Translations under genes and position numbers: made by a program
Part shown: piece after piece, positions 51,286 through 61,333 of the stretch
Layout of the letters: each line of letters starts with the position of its first letter
How positions within the stretch are numbered: position 1 is the first letter of the stretch
DNA from: Vicinamibacteria bacterium
GTDB taxonomy: Bacteria; Acidobacteriota; Vicinamibacteria; Marinacidobacterales; Marinacidobacteraceae
NCBI GenBank assembly: GCA_964291235.2
Contig: OZ219815.1
Span: 256,001-320,000 of the forward strand
Reading direction: 5' to 3'
DNA length: 64,000 nt
Notes under the pieces: model-generated
What the model saw: the letters and a program-made list of their open reading frames with translations, nothing else
Told to the model about the DNA's origin: nothing
Database searches by the model: none

Positions 51286-52524
51286 ATGGCAGCCGTCTTG
51301 CTGGTGCATGTGCTGGCGGCAGATGTGCGTGGGCAACGCCTTCTCGAGATCGACGGTGTTGAGCTGCACGGGGAGGCGCAGCTTCTCCAGCCGGGGGGCG
51401 GCACGTGCAACGTGTTGGAATCGGATACGAGCTACGACAGGAGGAAGGAGAACGATGGTGCGCCGATGGACATCTGGCGCCTCGATTTCACGGTTCGGAA
51501 CCGCTCGGGGCGGTGGCTCGATCACCTGATCGCGCGATTTCAAATCGCGTCGGAGTGGCCGGAGTGCACCAACTGGGACGTTCCGGACTCAGGCGAACTC
51601 CTAGTGCGGTATTCCACGATCATTGAGTGGGCCGGTTCGATCGGCTTCATCCAGGAGAGCGGCCGCAATGTCGTGTCTCCGGGTCAGAGCCTGACCGACA
51701 CGACGTTGTTGATTGTCCTGCGCGGAGACCCGGAGCCGCGGTTCTCGACCTGGTCCGTGGATTTCAACTTTGCCATCAACCCACCGCCAGCAGGCACGGC
51801 GGCAAGTAATCCCGACCGGCCGCCGGGATGGCGGCTACCGGTGGCGGCGACGGCGGATCGGGAAATCCGGCTCGACGGGCCGGATTGCAGGAAACAGCCA
51901 GCAGGTGCCCAATGCTGGACGGAACTGGCGAACCAGCCCAGCTGTTACGTGTGGAACGAACACCGTCAGCCGCCGGAGACGGCCACCTGGACTGGAGAGT
52001 GTTCCGCCGGCCTAGCCGAGGGCCAGGGGAGATTGACCTGGGAATGGCCGCCCGACAACCGCCAGCAGCACGACGGCACGATGCGCCAGGGACGGAAGAA
52101 CGGCCACTGGGTCCAGCGGTTTGAGGACGGCGATATCGGTGCTGGGCCGTACTTGAACGGCGAGCGGAATGGCCACTGGATTTGGAGATACCCGGACGGT
52201 GGTAGCGCCGAAGGACCGAACGTGAATGGCGAGCGGAACGGCCACTGGGTCCAGCGGTTTGCGGACGGCAGCACGGCCGAAGGGCCGTATATGAACGGGA
52301 AGCGGAACGGCCACTGGGTCCAGCGGTTTGCGGACGGCGATATCGGTGCTGGGCCGTATATGAACGGGAAGCGGAACGGCTACTGGGTCTGGAGATTTCC
52401 GAGCGGCCAAGTTGAGGAAGGGCCATACGTGGCCGATGAACAACACGGCGAGTGGGTCGTCCGTCCCCCGAATGGAGACACGTTCACGCTGGTGTTCGTT
52501 AGGGGGGTGCGCCAAGAGCCGTAG
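51286..52524 (+). CDS. Secreted MORN-like repeat protein, paralog 3, different N-terminal domain (start uncertain, up to 51067)
   Basis: Same Cys module and 23-aa repeats GPY.NG.RNG.W; ends FVRGVRQEP. Confidence 0.8.
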   Translation: MAAVLLVHVLAADVRGQRLLEIDGVELHGEAQLLQPGGGTCNVLESDTSYDRRKENDGAPMDIWRLDFTVRNRSGRWLDHLIARFQIASEWPECTNWDVPDSGELLVRYSTIIEWAGSIGFIQESGRNVVSPGQSLTDTTLLIVLRGDPEPRFSTWSVDFNFAINPPPAGTAASNPDRPPGWRLPVAATADREIRLDGPDCRKQPAGAQCWTELANQPSCYVWNEHRQPPETATWTGECSAGLAEGQGRLTWEWPPDNRQQHDGTMRQGRKNGHWVQRFEDGDIGAGPYLNGERNGHWIWRYPDGGSAEGPNVNGERNGHWVQRFADGSTAEGPYMNGKRNGHWVQRFADGDIGAGPYMNGKRNGYWVWRFPSGQVEEGPYVADEQHGEWVVRPPNGDTFTLVFVRGVRQEP

Positions 52525-52826
52525 CGCACAGCTCACGGCGGAATCGAGTCTTTTGGATTCTCCCTGTGTAGGAAGTGCGCAACCTAGACAACGAGAGGAA
52601 CGCGTGGTGGCGCGTTACGCTTCATTAGAAGCAAACAACGGTCCTGTTCGGAATCCGATGGAACACTATCTTGGCGGTCCGCAGGGGAGCGAAACGCGCA
52701 TCGCTAATCCTCATCGCGGCGGTGCCGCCGCTCAAGTCGGCGAAGGGCACAAGGGCGTTTCGCCGTCGCCGTTGGGATGGGTGCTGTGAGGCGGACGAAG
52801 TTCGTGCGTTTCGCGGCTTGCGGCCG

Positions 52827-52852
52827 CGATGCCGGCCGGAGGCCGGCGCTCC
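52827..52852 (-). repeat. REP-like palindrome, family B
   Basis: CGATGCCGGCCGGAGGCCGGCGCTCC; also at 24059, 60813, 60962. Confidence 0.72.
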
Positions 52853-52861
52853 TGGCCCTTC

Positions 52862-55426
52862 CTAGTTGGAGCCCCCGCCGCCGGAGGCCTCCGACAGGAA
52901 GCCCTGGTAGATCCGGCGGGCTTCGTCGAACTGGGCGAAGACGTGCTCCCGCTCCTTCTCGGAGCGCCATCCCGGCCACTCCTCGGCCATCGCCCGCAGC
53001 TTGTCGATCCACTGGATGGAGTACTCGGCCGAGGCGCGGTTCCGGACCGGCTGCCCGGCCACCGTCACCCACACCGGGTTCGTGAACCCGAGCGCGAAGT
53101 TCGCATCGAGCGGGAAGCGCTCCTCGTTCCTGCCTTCGACCCGCAGGTGGAACCAGCCGCTCCCGCTGACCGGGTAGGACTTCGCCAGATCGAGTTCGAG
53201 GCGGTCGCCGGTGAACGGGATCTCCTCGACGACCTCGCCGTTGAAGACGACGTAGGCCTTGTCGAGCGGCGTGATGCTTCGCACCCTGCCCTGGAGTTCG
53301 ACCGTGCCGCTCGCGGCGAGTTCCACTTCCTCGCCCGGGATGCGGCCGTTCACGGTCAGCTCGACGAGCGGCCCGGTGCTGACGAACGCGTTGCCGTTCC
53401 GGAGCCCCTCGAGCCACGCCTCCATCGTCAGACCCTTGCCGCCCGTATAGACGTAGGTGCGCACCGACCCGACGAGCTTGCTCCTGTGGAGGTTGCTGAT
53501 CGAGTCTTCGCCGCCGACCGCGGTGGTCCGCAGTCCGTTGTTCAGCGTCGCGTACCAGGGGTGAAAGCCCGCGCGATGCGCCTGCGACCACTCCACCGCG
53601 TCGGTCGTCTGGAGCGCGGCGTCCACCATGTAGCCCTTGCCGCCGCCGAGGCTCCCCTCGAGCGGGTCGGCGTCACCGCCGAACGCGTGCACATAGCCGA
53701 CGGTGGCGCCCTGCGCCCTCGCCTTCCGGAACATGTCGGTATTGCTGGGATAGAGACTCTCGATGGCGGTGCCCTCATAGCCCGTCGTGTAGGGCGAGAT
53801 GAGGTGGTCCCTCAGGCCGAACATGAAGACGTGCCCGTAGAACGGCGGCCGGTACTCCTGCCCGACGACGAGCACGCGGTCCTTCGTGGACAGCGGATGC
53901 GCTCCCCCGCCCGGAACGAAGAACTGGTAGTCGAGAATCCGGTTGTCCTTGTTGGCGACCTGTTCGAGGACGATGTCCTGGTCTTCGGCCTCCGACATCA
54001 TCATCAGGTTCTCCAGCGTGTTGTGCAGGTTCCCGGCGTAGTTCATATGCACGTGGGTCGAGCCGCTGTACCAGCCCTTGGCGGCCATGTCGGTCATCGG
54101 CCGCAGTTCGACCGTCAATTGCGTCACTTCGCCGGCCTCGATCTCGACTTCCTCCCGCACCGGCCAGAACTCGAAACCCTTGACGATGTCCATCGTCAGC
54201 GCGCCGGCGGGCACTTCCACCCGGAACTCGCCCGGGTGATGGAACATCGGATCGTGCATGCCGCTGGTGCGCGCATACTCGTCCGCGGGGGCGTAGAACT
54301 TGCCGTCCGACGCCGTCAGGTGCACCCGCGAGCCGGTCACTTCACCCGAGCCCGCCGCCGTGGTGCGGACCGTGAGCACGCCCATGGGGCGCTTCCAGCG
54401 CCGGTCCGTGATGTGGACGGTGAGCTGCTTGCCGCCGTAGGTCTCGAGCAGCGCCAGTTGGGGAAGCCCTTCCCGGTTCGAGATATAGGCGATCCACTCC
54501 CCGTCCGGCGAAAAGCGGGGGTGGAAGGCGTCGTGGTCCAGGAAGGTCATCTTGTAGGGCTCGCCGCCGATCGTCGGCTGCACGTAGAGGTTGCTGAACT
54601 GATCCGCCGATCCGCCCGTGGACGAATAGATGAATCGCTTGCCGTCCAGGGAAACGTCCGGCCGGGTCCGGTAGAGCGTCTGCTCGGCAAGAACCGTCGT
54701 CGCCTGCAGGAGTCCGTCTTCCTCGGCCGGAATCCGCAGCACGTTCCCCGAGCCGAGCGGCACCCCCCGGTTGGAGATGACCAGTAGCTCACCGCTTCCC
54801 GGAAGCCAGGTCGGGGTGATCGCCATGTCCCAGGGACCGAAGTAGAGCCGGTTGTTGCCGTAGTTGTTGTCCTTGGTGATGGGGACCTCGTCTCCCGCCC
54901 ACGCCCCGTTCTCGATCGCGCGCACGTACACGTTGAAGTTGCCGCTCGGCTTCGTGGACACGTAGGCGAGCCGGCTGCCGTCCGGGGAGAACACCGGGTC
55001 CACGTAGATCTGATCGTCGTCGGTGAGGGCGTGGGTTTCACCCGTCTCGAGGTTCAGGACCTCGAGCTGAATCGTCGTCCCCCCGTCGTCGGCCGTGTAG
55101 ACCATCCACTTCCCGTCGGGGGAGATGTCGGGCAGCGAGTGGTACTTGTCGCTATAGGTCAGTTCCCAGGCCTGTCCCGTGTGCGGATCGACATTCCAGA
55201 TCGACCCGCTCATCGCCACCGCGATCCACGTCCCGTCGGGCGACCAGTCCGGCGCCCAGGGCGTCGAACTCGGCGCCGGCGGGAAATAGAAGTTGTGCAT
55301 GTAGTTCCCGCCCTGCCCGGCCGCGGGATACGTGCTTCCCCGTGGCGGTTGCGCCAGCGCGGTGCAGGCAAAGGCCACCGCGACGGCGAGTACCAAGAAA
55401 ACTCGCCGGTTACAGATTCGAACCAT
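52862..55426 (-). CDS. Secreted TolB-like (PD40) beta-propeller + CehA/McbA-family metallohydrolase
   Basis: P.WSPDG repeats; WYSGSTHVH, GQEYRP.FYGH, YVHAF, GGEDS. Confidence 0.85.
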   Translation of the reverse strand: MVRICNRRVFLVLAVAVAFACTALAQPPRGSTYPAAGQGGNYMHNFYFPPAPSSTPWAPDWSPDGTWIAVAMSGSIWNVDPHTGQAWELTYSDKYHSLPDISPDGKWMVYTADDGGTTIQLEVLNLETGETHALTDDDQIYVDPVFSPDGSRLAYVSTKPSGNFNVYVRAIENGAWAGDEVPITKDNNYGNNRLYFGPWDMAITPTWLPGSGELLVISNRGVPLGSGNVLRIPAEEDGLLQATTVLAEQTLYRTRPDVSLDGKRFIYSSTGGSADQFSNLYVQPTIGGEPYKMTFLDHDAFHPRFSPDGEWIAYISNREGLPQLALLETYGGKQLTVHITDRRWKRPMGVLTVRTTAAGSGEVTGSRVHLTASDGKFYAPADEYARTSGMHDPMFHHPGEFRVEVPAGALTMDIVKGFEFWPVREEVEIEAGEVTQLTVELRPMTDMAAKGWYSGSTHVHMNYAGNLHNTLENLMMMSEAEDQDIVLEQVANKDNRILDYQFFVPGGGAHPLSTKDRVLVVGQEYRPPFYGHVFMFGLRDHLISPYTTGYEGTAIESLYPSNTDMFRKARAQGATVGYVHAFGGDADPLEGSLGGGKGYMVDAALQTTDAVEWSQAHRAGFHPWYATLNNGLRTTAVGGEDSISNLHRSKLVGSVRTYVYTGGKGLTMEAWLEGLRNGNAFVSTGPLVELTVNGRIPGEEVELAASGTVELQGRVRSITPLDKAYVVFNGEVVEEIPFTGDRLELDLAKSYPVSGSGWFHLRVEGRNEERFPLDANFALGFTNPVWVTVAGQPVRNRASAEYSIQWIDKLRAMAEEWPGWRSEKEREHVFAQFDEARRIYQGFLSEASGGGGSN

Positions 55427-55446
55427 CGGGGGCCCCTCCACTGGTG

Positions 55447-57528
55447 TCAGTGCGAAACGCCGGATCCGAGCTCGGCGAGGCTCTTTTGAATGTCGGGCTG
55501 CTCGGGATCGATCGCGACGGAGCGTTCGAACGCTTCGCGCGCTCTTGCCTTGTCTCCCAACCGAAAGTAAGCGTCGCCCAGCGCGTTGAGTATGCCGGGC
55601 TGCGGCGGCCGGAGCGAAACGGCCTTTTCGAGATGGGAGACCGCGGCGGTCAGGTTTCCCTTCAGGTAGAAGCCGAGACCGAGGCCGACGACCACCTCGT
55701 AGCGGTCGGCATGCTCGTACTGGAGGGGCAGGAGGAGACCCAGGGCCGATTCGGTCTTTCCCGAGCGCAGGTAGGAAGCGGCGAGCTTCCATTGCGCCTG
55801 CGGGACTTCCGGATCCCCTTCCGAGACCGCGCTCTCGAAGAGGCGCTCCGCTTCGGCGAAGTTCTCCATCGCCCAGTGCTGGTCGCCGAGCACGACCGCC
55901 AGCAGGGCGCGCTTGCCCGCGTCGAAGCTCCGGCGGGCAAAGAGCCCGGGCCGGGGAATGGAGGCCCGCGGCGAGATCGAGAACGGCGCCGTCTTTTCGG
56001 CCAGCACGCTCCCTTGCGCGTCCAGGAGCCGCACCCGGAGCTCATACCGATCGGCGACCGCGCCTTCCAGGCTGAACCGCTCCTCGAGGAAGGCCGGCTC
56101 CGTCCCGACGATGTCGCGCGTGCGTTCCGCCACCACCTCCTCCCCGCGGAGCAGGGCGAAGTGCAGGTCGTGCGACGGGTCGGCGGAGAGCAACTGGAGT
56201 GCCGCGTGCAGGTTTTCGCTGCTGGCGAAGACGCCGCCGACTGCCGGGTGGATCCGCGCCGCGCCAGCCTGGAACGTCTTGAACGCGGCGGCGCCGTCCT
56301 CCGGCATCGCCTCCGTTCGGAAACCGACCAGCAGGTCGCTCAGCGCCGGCTGGCCGCCCGAGAAGTCGCTGACGCGGACCGAGTGCTCCGCCACCGTGTA
56401 CTGGCTGGATACCCGATTACGAAGGATGAGCATCACCTCGTAGTCGCCCGGCGCCAGCGGGACCCCGTCCTGGTAGGCGAACGTCGAGCCCCGGATCGCG
56501 TTCCGCTGGGTCGTCCTCAACTGGACGAAGGCTTCCTTGTCGTCCGCGAGAACCAGGCGGCCGTGCGGGTCCCGGACCTCCAGACTGGCGTCGAGCGTCG
56601 TGAACGAACGCGACCCGTCGCCGTTCGTGTCCATCGGGAGGTTCTCCAGGTCGAGCTCGACGCTGAAATGGAGATAGGCGGTGCGATCCGGACCGGCGAG
56701 CACCGCGAAGGCGCCCTCGCTGGGCACGAAGTTGAACGAGTACTCCGACGAAACCCGGCTGCCGTAGCGCTCCCAGGCGTCGAGATAGTCGGTGCGGATC
56801 GCGTACCTCGGCGACGCCTCGATGCGCGCGATGGCAGCCTGGGACCCGAGACCGACGGTGCCTCCCATGATGTCCACCGGCTCCGACGCGTCCACCGCGA
56901 GCGCGGCCCGCGCCAGCTCCGGCGAAATCCGCAGGAGCTGCTCCATGTTCCGCTCGGGGAACGAGCGCGTCGAGCCGCGAATCAGGTCGCCCGGCACGTC
57001 GGCGCCCGGGATGAACAGCCGGTACTGCGTCGCATCCAGTCTCTTGAAGAACAGCAGATAGAAAAAGGACGGCGTGTTCCTTCCCGGGTCGCCGTTATAG
57101 AACCAGAGCTGGCTCGTGTAGAGATTGTTGTAGTTGTCGAACGTCTCGATGCTCCGGGGCGGCCCCAGGATGATGTGCATCCGGCCCCGGTCGGTCTTCC
57201 AGCCGGGCGCGAAGGCTTCGCCCCGGAGCTCGCGGCTCGCGTACTCGAATCGGCGGTAGTGCTCCTCCCGGAACTCGTTGGCGGGCGTGCCCGGGACCGG
57301 GTCGCGTTTCCGCCAGAACGCTTCGATGAACCGGTCCCGCTCGTCCACGGTGCCCAGCGACAAGAAGACATCCGTTTCGCGCTCGGTGATGAGGTAGGTC
57401 ACCTCTTCCTCCAGCCACCGGCGGTGTTCGGGAGTGAGATCCTGCGCCGGAGCACCGCGCGATACCGCAACCGCCGACAGCAGCAGGGCGAGCGCCAAGT
57501 GGCGCATCGGCACGGATCTCGTCGGCAT
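55447..57528 (-). CDS. GWxTD-domain protein with C-terminal TPR
   Basis: WLEEEVTYLIT, FW..RDP.PGTP.NE, GWKTDRG...I..GPP; TPR helices. Confidence 0.9.
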   Translation of the reverse strand: MPTRSVPMRHLALALLLSAVAVSRGAPAQDLTPEHRRWLEEEVTYLITERETDVFLSLGTVDERDRFIEAFWRKRDPVPGTPANEFREEHYRRFEYASRELRGEAFAPGWKTDRGRMHIILGPPRSIETFDNYNNLYTSQLWFYNGDPGRNTPSFFYLLFFKRLDATQYRLFIPGADVPGDLIRGSTRSFPERNMEQLLRISPELARAALAVDASEPVDIMGGTVGLGSQAAIARIEASPRYAIRTDYLDAWERYGSRVSSEYSFNFVPSEGAFAVLAGPDRTAYLHFSVELDLENLPMDTNGDGSRSFTTLDASLEVRDPHGRLVLADDKEAFVQLRTTQRNAIRGSTFAYQDGVPLAPGDYEVMLILRNRVSSQYTVAEHSVRVSDFSGGQPALSDLLVGFRTEAMPEDGAAAFKTFQAGAARIHPAVGGVFASSENLHAALQLLSADPSHDLHFALLRGEEVVAERTRDIVGTEPAFLEERFSLEGAVADRYELRVRLLDAQGSVLAEKTAPFSISPRASIPRPGLFARRSFDAGKRALLAVVLGDQHWAMENFAEAERLFESAVSEGDPEVPQAQWKLAASYLRSGKTESALGLLLPLQYEHADRYEVVVGLGLGFYLKGNLTAAVSHLEKAVSLRPPQPGILNALGDAYFRLGDKARAREAFERSVAIDPEQPDIQKSLAELGSGVSH

Positions 57529-57649
57529 TCCCCGTCTGCAAACTAGCAGACCCCGGACGAAAGCCGCAAAGAGGACGGATTGGGAGCCCTATCGCACAGT
57601 GCGGACAAATCCCGCGTAACTCATTGAAATAGCGTCTTTTATTTGCCAT

Positions 57650-57678
57650 TTGACATCCGTCCCGGAAGCGCCTACCGT
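57650..57678 (+). promoter_or_regulatory. Putative sigma70 promoter of the TonB-dependent receptor
   Basis: TTGACA-N17-TACCGT with an AT-rich upstream tract in a GC-rich genome. Confidence 0.6.
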
Positions 57679-57725
57679 TGCGGTTTGCCTTTGAATCCAG
57701 TCACGATGTCAGGAAGGAAAATCCC

Positions 57726-60680
57726 ATGCAAAATCTGATTCGGCGTGCATCGGTGCTCGCCTTAGGGGGCGCTTTGACGGGCGCTTTGTTGCTTCCCGTC
57801 GCCGCCCTTGCGCAGGAATCCGCGACGCTCTCCGGGACGGTGGAAGACACCTCCGGGGGCGCTCTCCCCGGCGTGACCGTCACGGTCGTGGACAACAACA
57901 CCGGGCGGCAGAGCGTGGCGGTGACCGATGCCTCCGGTTCGTTCCGGGCGGCCGCGCTGCCGCCGGGGGCGTACCGGGTCGAAGCGACGCTCAGCGGCTT
58001 CGCCAACATGGTCGTTCCGGAGATCGAACTGCTGGTCGGCCAAAACGCCGACATCACGATCCAGATGGCGCTCGCCGGCGTCGAAGAGACGATCACCGTC
58101 ACCGCCGAGGCGCCGCTCGTGGACCTGGTGTCTTCGGAAGTGGCGGGCAACGTGGATCGCCGCATGATGGACGACCTGCCGGTGCAGGGCCGCAACTGGA
58201 TGGAGCTCGCGCTGCTCGTCAAGGGCATCACCGCGAACGACACCAACAACAATCGTCCCGGCATCACGCGCGACGAGAGTTTCCAACTCAATCTGGACGG
58301 CCAGCAGATCACCCAGCAGGTGGCGAGTTCCGGCTTCGGTCAGCCCAAGTTCAGCCGTGAGGCCATCGCCGAGTTCCAGATCGTCACCAGTCAATTCGAC
58401 GTGACGCAGGGCCGCTCCTCCGGAGGCCAGGTGAACGCCATCACCCGCTCGGGCACCAACAATTTCACCGGCAGCGTGTACGGATACTTCCGTGACGACC
58501 GCTTCAACGCCGAGGATCACATCGCCGAAGAAGTGCTCCCGTTCGAGAACCAGCAAATAGGTGGTGTCTTCGGTGGCCCCATCGTCGCCGACAAGGTCCA
58601 CTACTTCGTCTCTTACGAGTACGAGGGGCAGCCGGGCAGCGTTTTCGTCCAGCCGGCCCGCCTCCCGAACCAGGAGTGGGTGTTCGAGACGCCGGAAACG
58701 CAGAACAGCTTCACCGCGCGCGTTGACCACACCGCCTCCGACAAGGACCAGTTGTCCTACCGGGTTTCCTACTGGGACTTCGCAACCGACTTCTCCCTGT
58801 CGAGTTCAGCGCATCCCTCGAACGCCCGGGCGCGCACGCAGGATTCAACGAACGTGCTCGCCACCTGGAGTCATCTGTGGAGCACGGAGGTCTTTACCGA
58901 GCTGAAGCTCGGCTACAACGGCTTCGAGTGGACGAACAAGCTGGCCGATACGGCGATCGGCGGCTGTGACCAGACCTTCGGCCAGCCGCAGCAGGATCAG
59001 TCCAGTTGTCAACCGAACTACGTCTTTCCGGGGATCACGTTCGGCGGGCCGCGGAACTTCCCGCAGTTGTTCACTCAGGATGTGTTCTCCGCCCGTTTCC
59101 AGTTGAACTGGGACAAGACGGAACACGACGTGAAGCTCGGCGCCGAGTTCCTGAGCTGGAAGGACGGCGGCGAGTGGCACCTGCTCGAGCGGGGCGAGTT
59201 CATCTTCAACGAGCGTCCCGCCGACCTCGAACGCCGCTTCCCCATCGAGTGCGCCACCAACCCGAGCTGCTGGGACGTGAGCGGGCTCGACCACACGGTC
59301 GCCCGCTTCAGCCAGAACGTCGGTAACTGGATCATCGATATCCCCCGGCCGACCTGGGCCGCCTGGCTGGCCGACACCTGGCGGGTCAACGACAACCTGG
59401 TCGTGAACTTCGGCGTCCGCTACGACCTGGACTGGGGCGCCTTGGCGCCCCCGGGCAACGACATCATGACGCCGTTCGCCGGACCGAGCGAGGGCCGGTC
59501 AGCCGGAGACTCCCTCTACAAGTGGGACATCCGCGACACCAACAACTTCGCGCCCCGCGGCGGATTCGCCTATGACGTCGGCGGCACCGGCGATCTGGTC
59601 ATTCGCGGCGGATCGGGCATCTATCACACGATCAGTTCGTCGAACGTCACGTTCAGCCAGCAGTCCTTCAACGGCCAGCGCATCCTGGTGAACTCGTTCC
59701 CGAACGACGGGATGCCCGGCTTCTTGCAGGACCCCACCCGGGGAGTGACGCCGCAGCAGATCCTGAACGGCGAAGTGCCGGTTCCGCCGCAGGCGCCACG
59801 GACGATCGCCCACAACTTCTCCCTCCCGTACACCTGGCAGACCTCCATCGGTTTCCAGAAGCAGCTCGGCGCGGTGTGGGGATTCGAGACCGACCTGCTC
59901 CACTGGAAGGAAACCAACACTCCGCGCGCCACGGACCCGAACCAGATCTACGACCCGGTGACCGGCTACAACATTCCGGGCCGGCTGGATCCCAACTTCA
60001 CCCGGATCCGCTACATCGAGAGCACGGGCAAACAGGACTACCTGGGGCTCTCCAGCGGGCTGCGGCGCCGGTTCCGGGACAACTTCCAGATCAACGTGAC
60101 GCACACCATCATCTTCTACAAGAATGACGACACCCGCGGCTGGTTCGACTTCCCGAACAACACGTTCGATCCGGATGCCGAGTGGGCTTCTTCGCTCGAC
60201 TTTCAGGTGAACACGTTCCGTATCAACGGGATCTATCAGCTTCCCTACGACTTCTCGATCTCCGGCGCCTACTTCTACGGCTCCGGCAACCGTTTCGATA
60301 CGACCATCGGCGGCCGGCCGTACGGGAAGAGCGCGAGCCGGAATCGCCTGAACCTCGGAGATCCGATCCAGGTGAATCCGGACGTTCTGGATCGTTTCGA
60401 CGGACCCTCCACGATCGGCACCGGCCCCGGCAACGAAGCGCCGAGGAACGCGCTGCTGGGCGAGGCGCTGCACAAGGTTGACGTTCGCCTTTCGAAGGTC
60501 TTCAACTTCGGACCGGTGAGAGCCTCCGCCATCGCCGAGGTCTTCAACCTGCTCAACCACGAGAACTACGGCGCCTACAACGGGACCATCGACTCCAGCA
60601 GTTTCGGCTCTCCGCGGCAGGTCACTTCCACCGCCTACGGGCCACGGGCGGCGCAGTTCGCCTTCCGCCTGGAGTTCTAG
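57726..60680 (+). CDS. TonB-dependent receptor, Oar-like, with carboxypeptidase-regulatory N-domain
   Basis: RBS AGGAAGGA; LSGTVED.SG..LPGVTV, EFQI.T, TRSGTN, D.NNFAPR.GFAYD, C-terminal RLEF. Confidence 0.92.
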   Translation: MQNLIRRASVLALGGALTGALLLPVAALAQESATLSGTVEDTSGGALPGVTVTVVDNNTGRQSVAVTDASGSFRAAALPPGAYRVEATLSGFANMVVPEIELLVGQNADITIQMALAGVEETITVTAEAPLVDLVSSEVAGNVDRRMMDDLPVQGRNWMELALLVKGITANDTNNNRPGITRDESFQLNLDGQQITQQVASSGFGQPKFSREAIAEFQIVTSQFDVTQGRSSGGQVNAITRSGTNNFTGSVYGYFRDDRFNAEDHIAEEVLPFENQQIGGVFGGPIVADKVHYFVSYEYEGQPGSVFVQPARLPNQEWVFETPETQNSFTARVDHTASDKDQLSYRVSYWDFATDFSLSSSAHPSNARARTQDSTNVLATWSHLWSTEVFTELKLGYNGFEWTNKLADTAIGGCDQTFGQPQQDQSSCQPNYVFPGITFGGPRNFPQLFTQDVFSARFQLNWDKTEHDVKLGAEFLSWKDGGEWHLLERGEFIFNERPADLERRFPIECATNPSCWDVSGLDHTVARFSQNVGNWIIDIPRPTWAAWLADTWRVNDNLVVNFGVRYDLDWGALAPPGNDIMTPFAGPSEGRSAGDSLYKWDIRDTNNFAPRGGFAYDVGGTGDLVIRGGSGIYHTISSSNVTFSQQSFNGQRILVNSFPNDGMPGFLQDPTRGVTPQQILNGEVPVPPQAPRTIAHNFSLPYTWQTSIGFQKQLGAVWGFETDLLHWKETNTPRATDPNQIYDPVTGYNIPGRLDPNFTRIRYIESTGKQDYLGLSSGLRRRFRDNFQINVTHTIIFYKNDDTRGWFDFPNNTFDPDAEWASSLDFQVNTFRINGIYQLPYDFSISGAYFYGSGNRFDTTIGGRPYGKSASRNRLNLGDPIQVNPDVLDRFDGPSTIGTGPGNEAPRNALLGEALHKVDVRLSKVFNFGPVRASAIAEVFNLLNHENYGAYNGTIDSSSFGSPRQVTSTAYGPRAAQFAFRLEF

Positions 60681-60812
60681 GATCGGTTAGCCCCCAGGAG
60701 GCCGGCGGCCGGGTCCGCCGGTCTCCGGCAAGGAGCGCCAAGGTGCTCCCGGCGGATCGGCCACTGCGCGAAGCAGCCAAAAGTCGCCCTTACGGGCGCT
60801 GAGAAACCTATA

Positions 60813-60987
60813 GGAGCGCCGGCCTCCGGCCGGCATCGCCGAGCAAAGCGAGGCGAAACTCCCCGACTTGGTCGGCCTCGACGGCACCAACCCAAGCGGG
60901 GACAGCGCATCGCCGTACGAGCAGGAATCCCCACCGGGAGACGTGGGCCGGCCTCCGGCCGCGATGCCGGCCAGAGGCCGGCGCTCC
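60813..60987. repeat. Inverted pair of family B REPs
   Basis: GGAGCGCCGGCCTCCGGCCGGCATCG ... CGATGCCGGCCAGAGGCCGGCGCTCC. Confidence 0.75.
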
Positions 60988-61333
60988 TGCCAACCGGAGT
61001 GCCGCGTCGCCCTTTACTAGCCCTAGGCGACATCCGACTTTGGTGCGCCGACGCCGAAGACTCAAACCGCCCCCCGTTCTACGGCCCGAACCCGCCATCC
61101 GGTTCGCGAGCATGACGGACTCGGGTCTTCAAGACGACTACTGACGCCGAATTTAACAGCTCGGCAGTCACTTGGTATATTCGGCGCCATCCAATCGTGA
61201 TAACTCCGCGATACGCATTTCTCTTGGAGTGCCTTGCGGTCCTTCATCGACCGGAGTCTGCTTGAGGGCGGCAAATCCGTCTAACGGATGGTCCGGAGTT
61301 CGGAATGGCTGTTGGGAAAGGCTCGGCCACACT

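Noticed and set aside
49850-52524. Diversity-generating retroelement TR/VR pair in the similar 3' ends of MORN paralogs 2 and 3
   Set aside because: Differences are mostly synonymous and not adenine-specific; no reverse transcriptase is present
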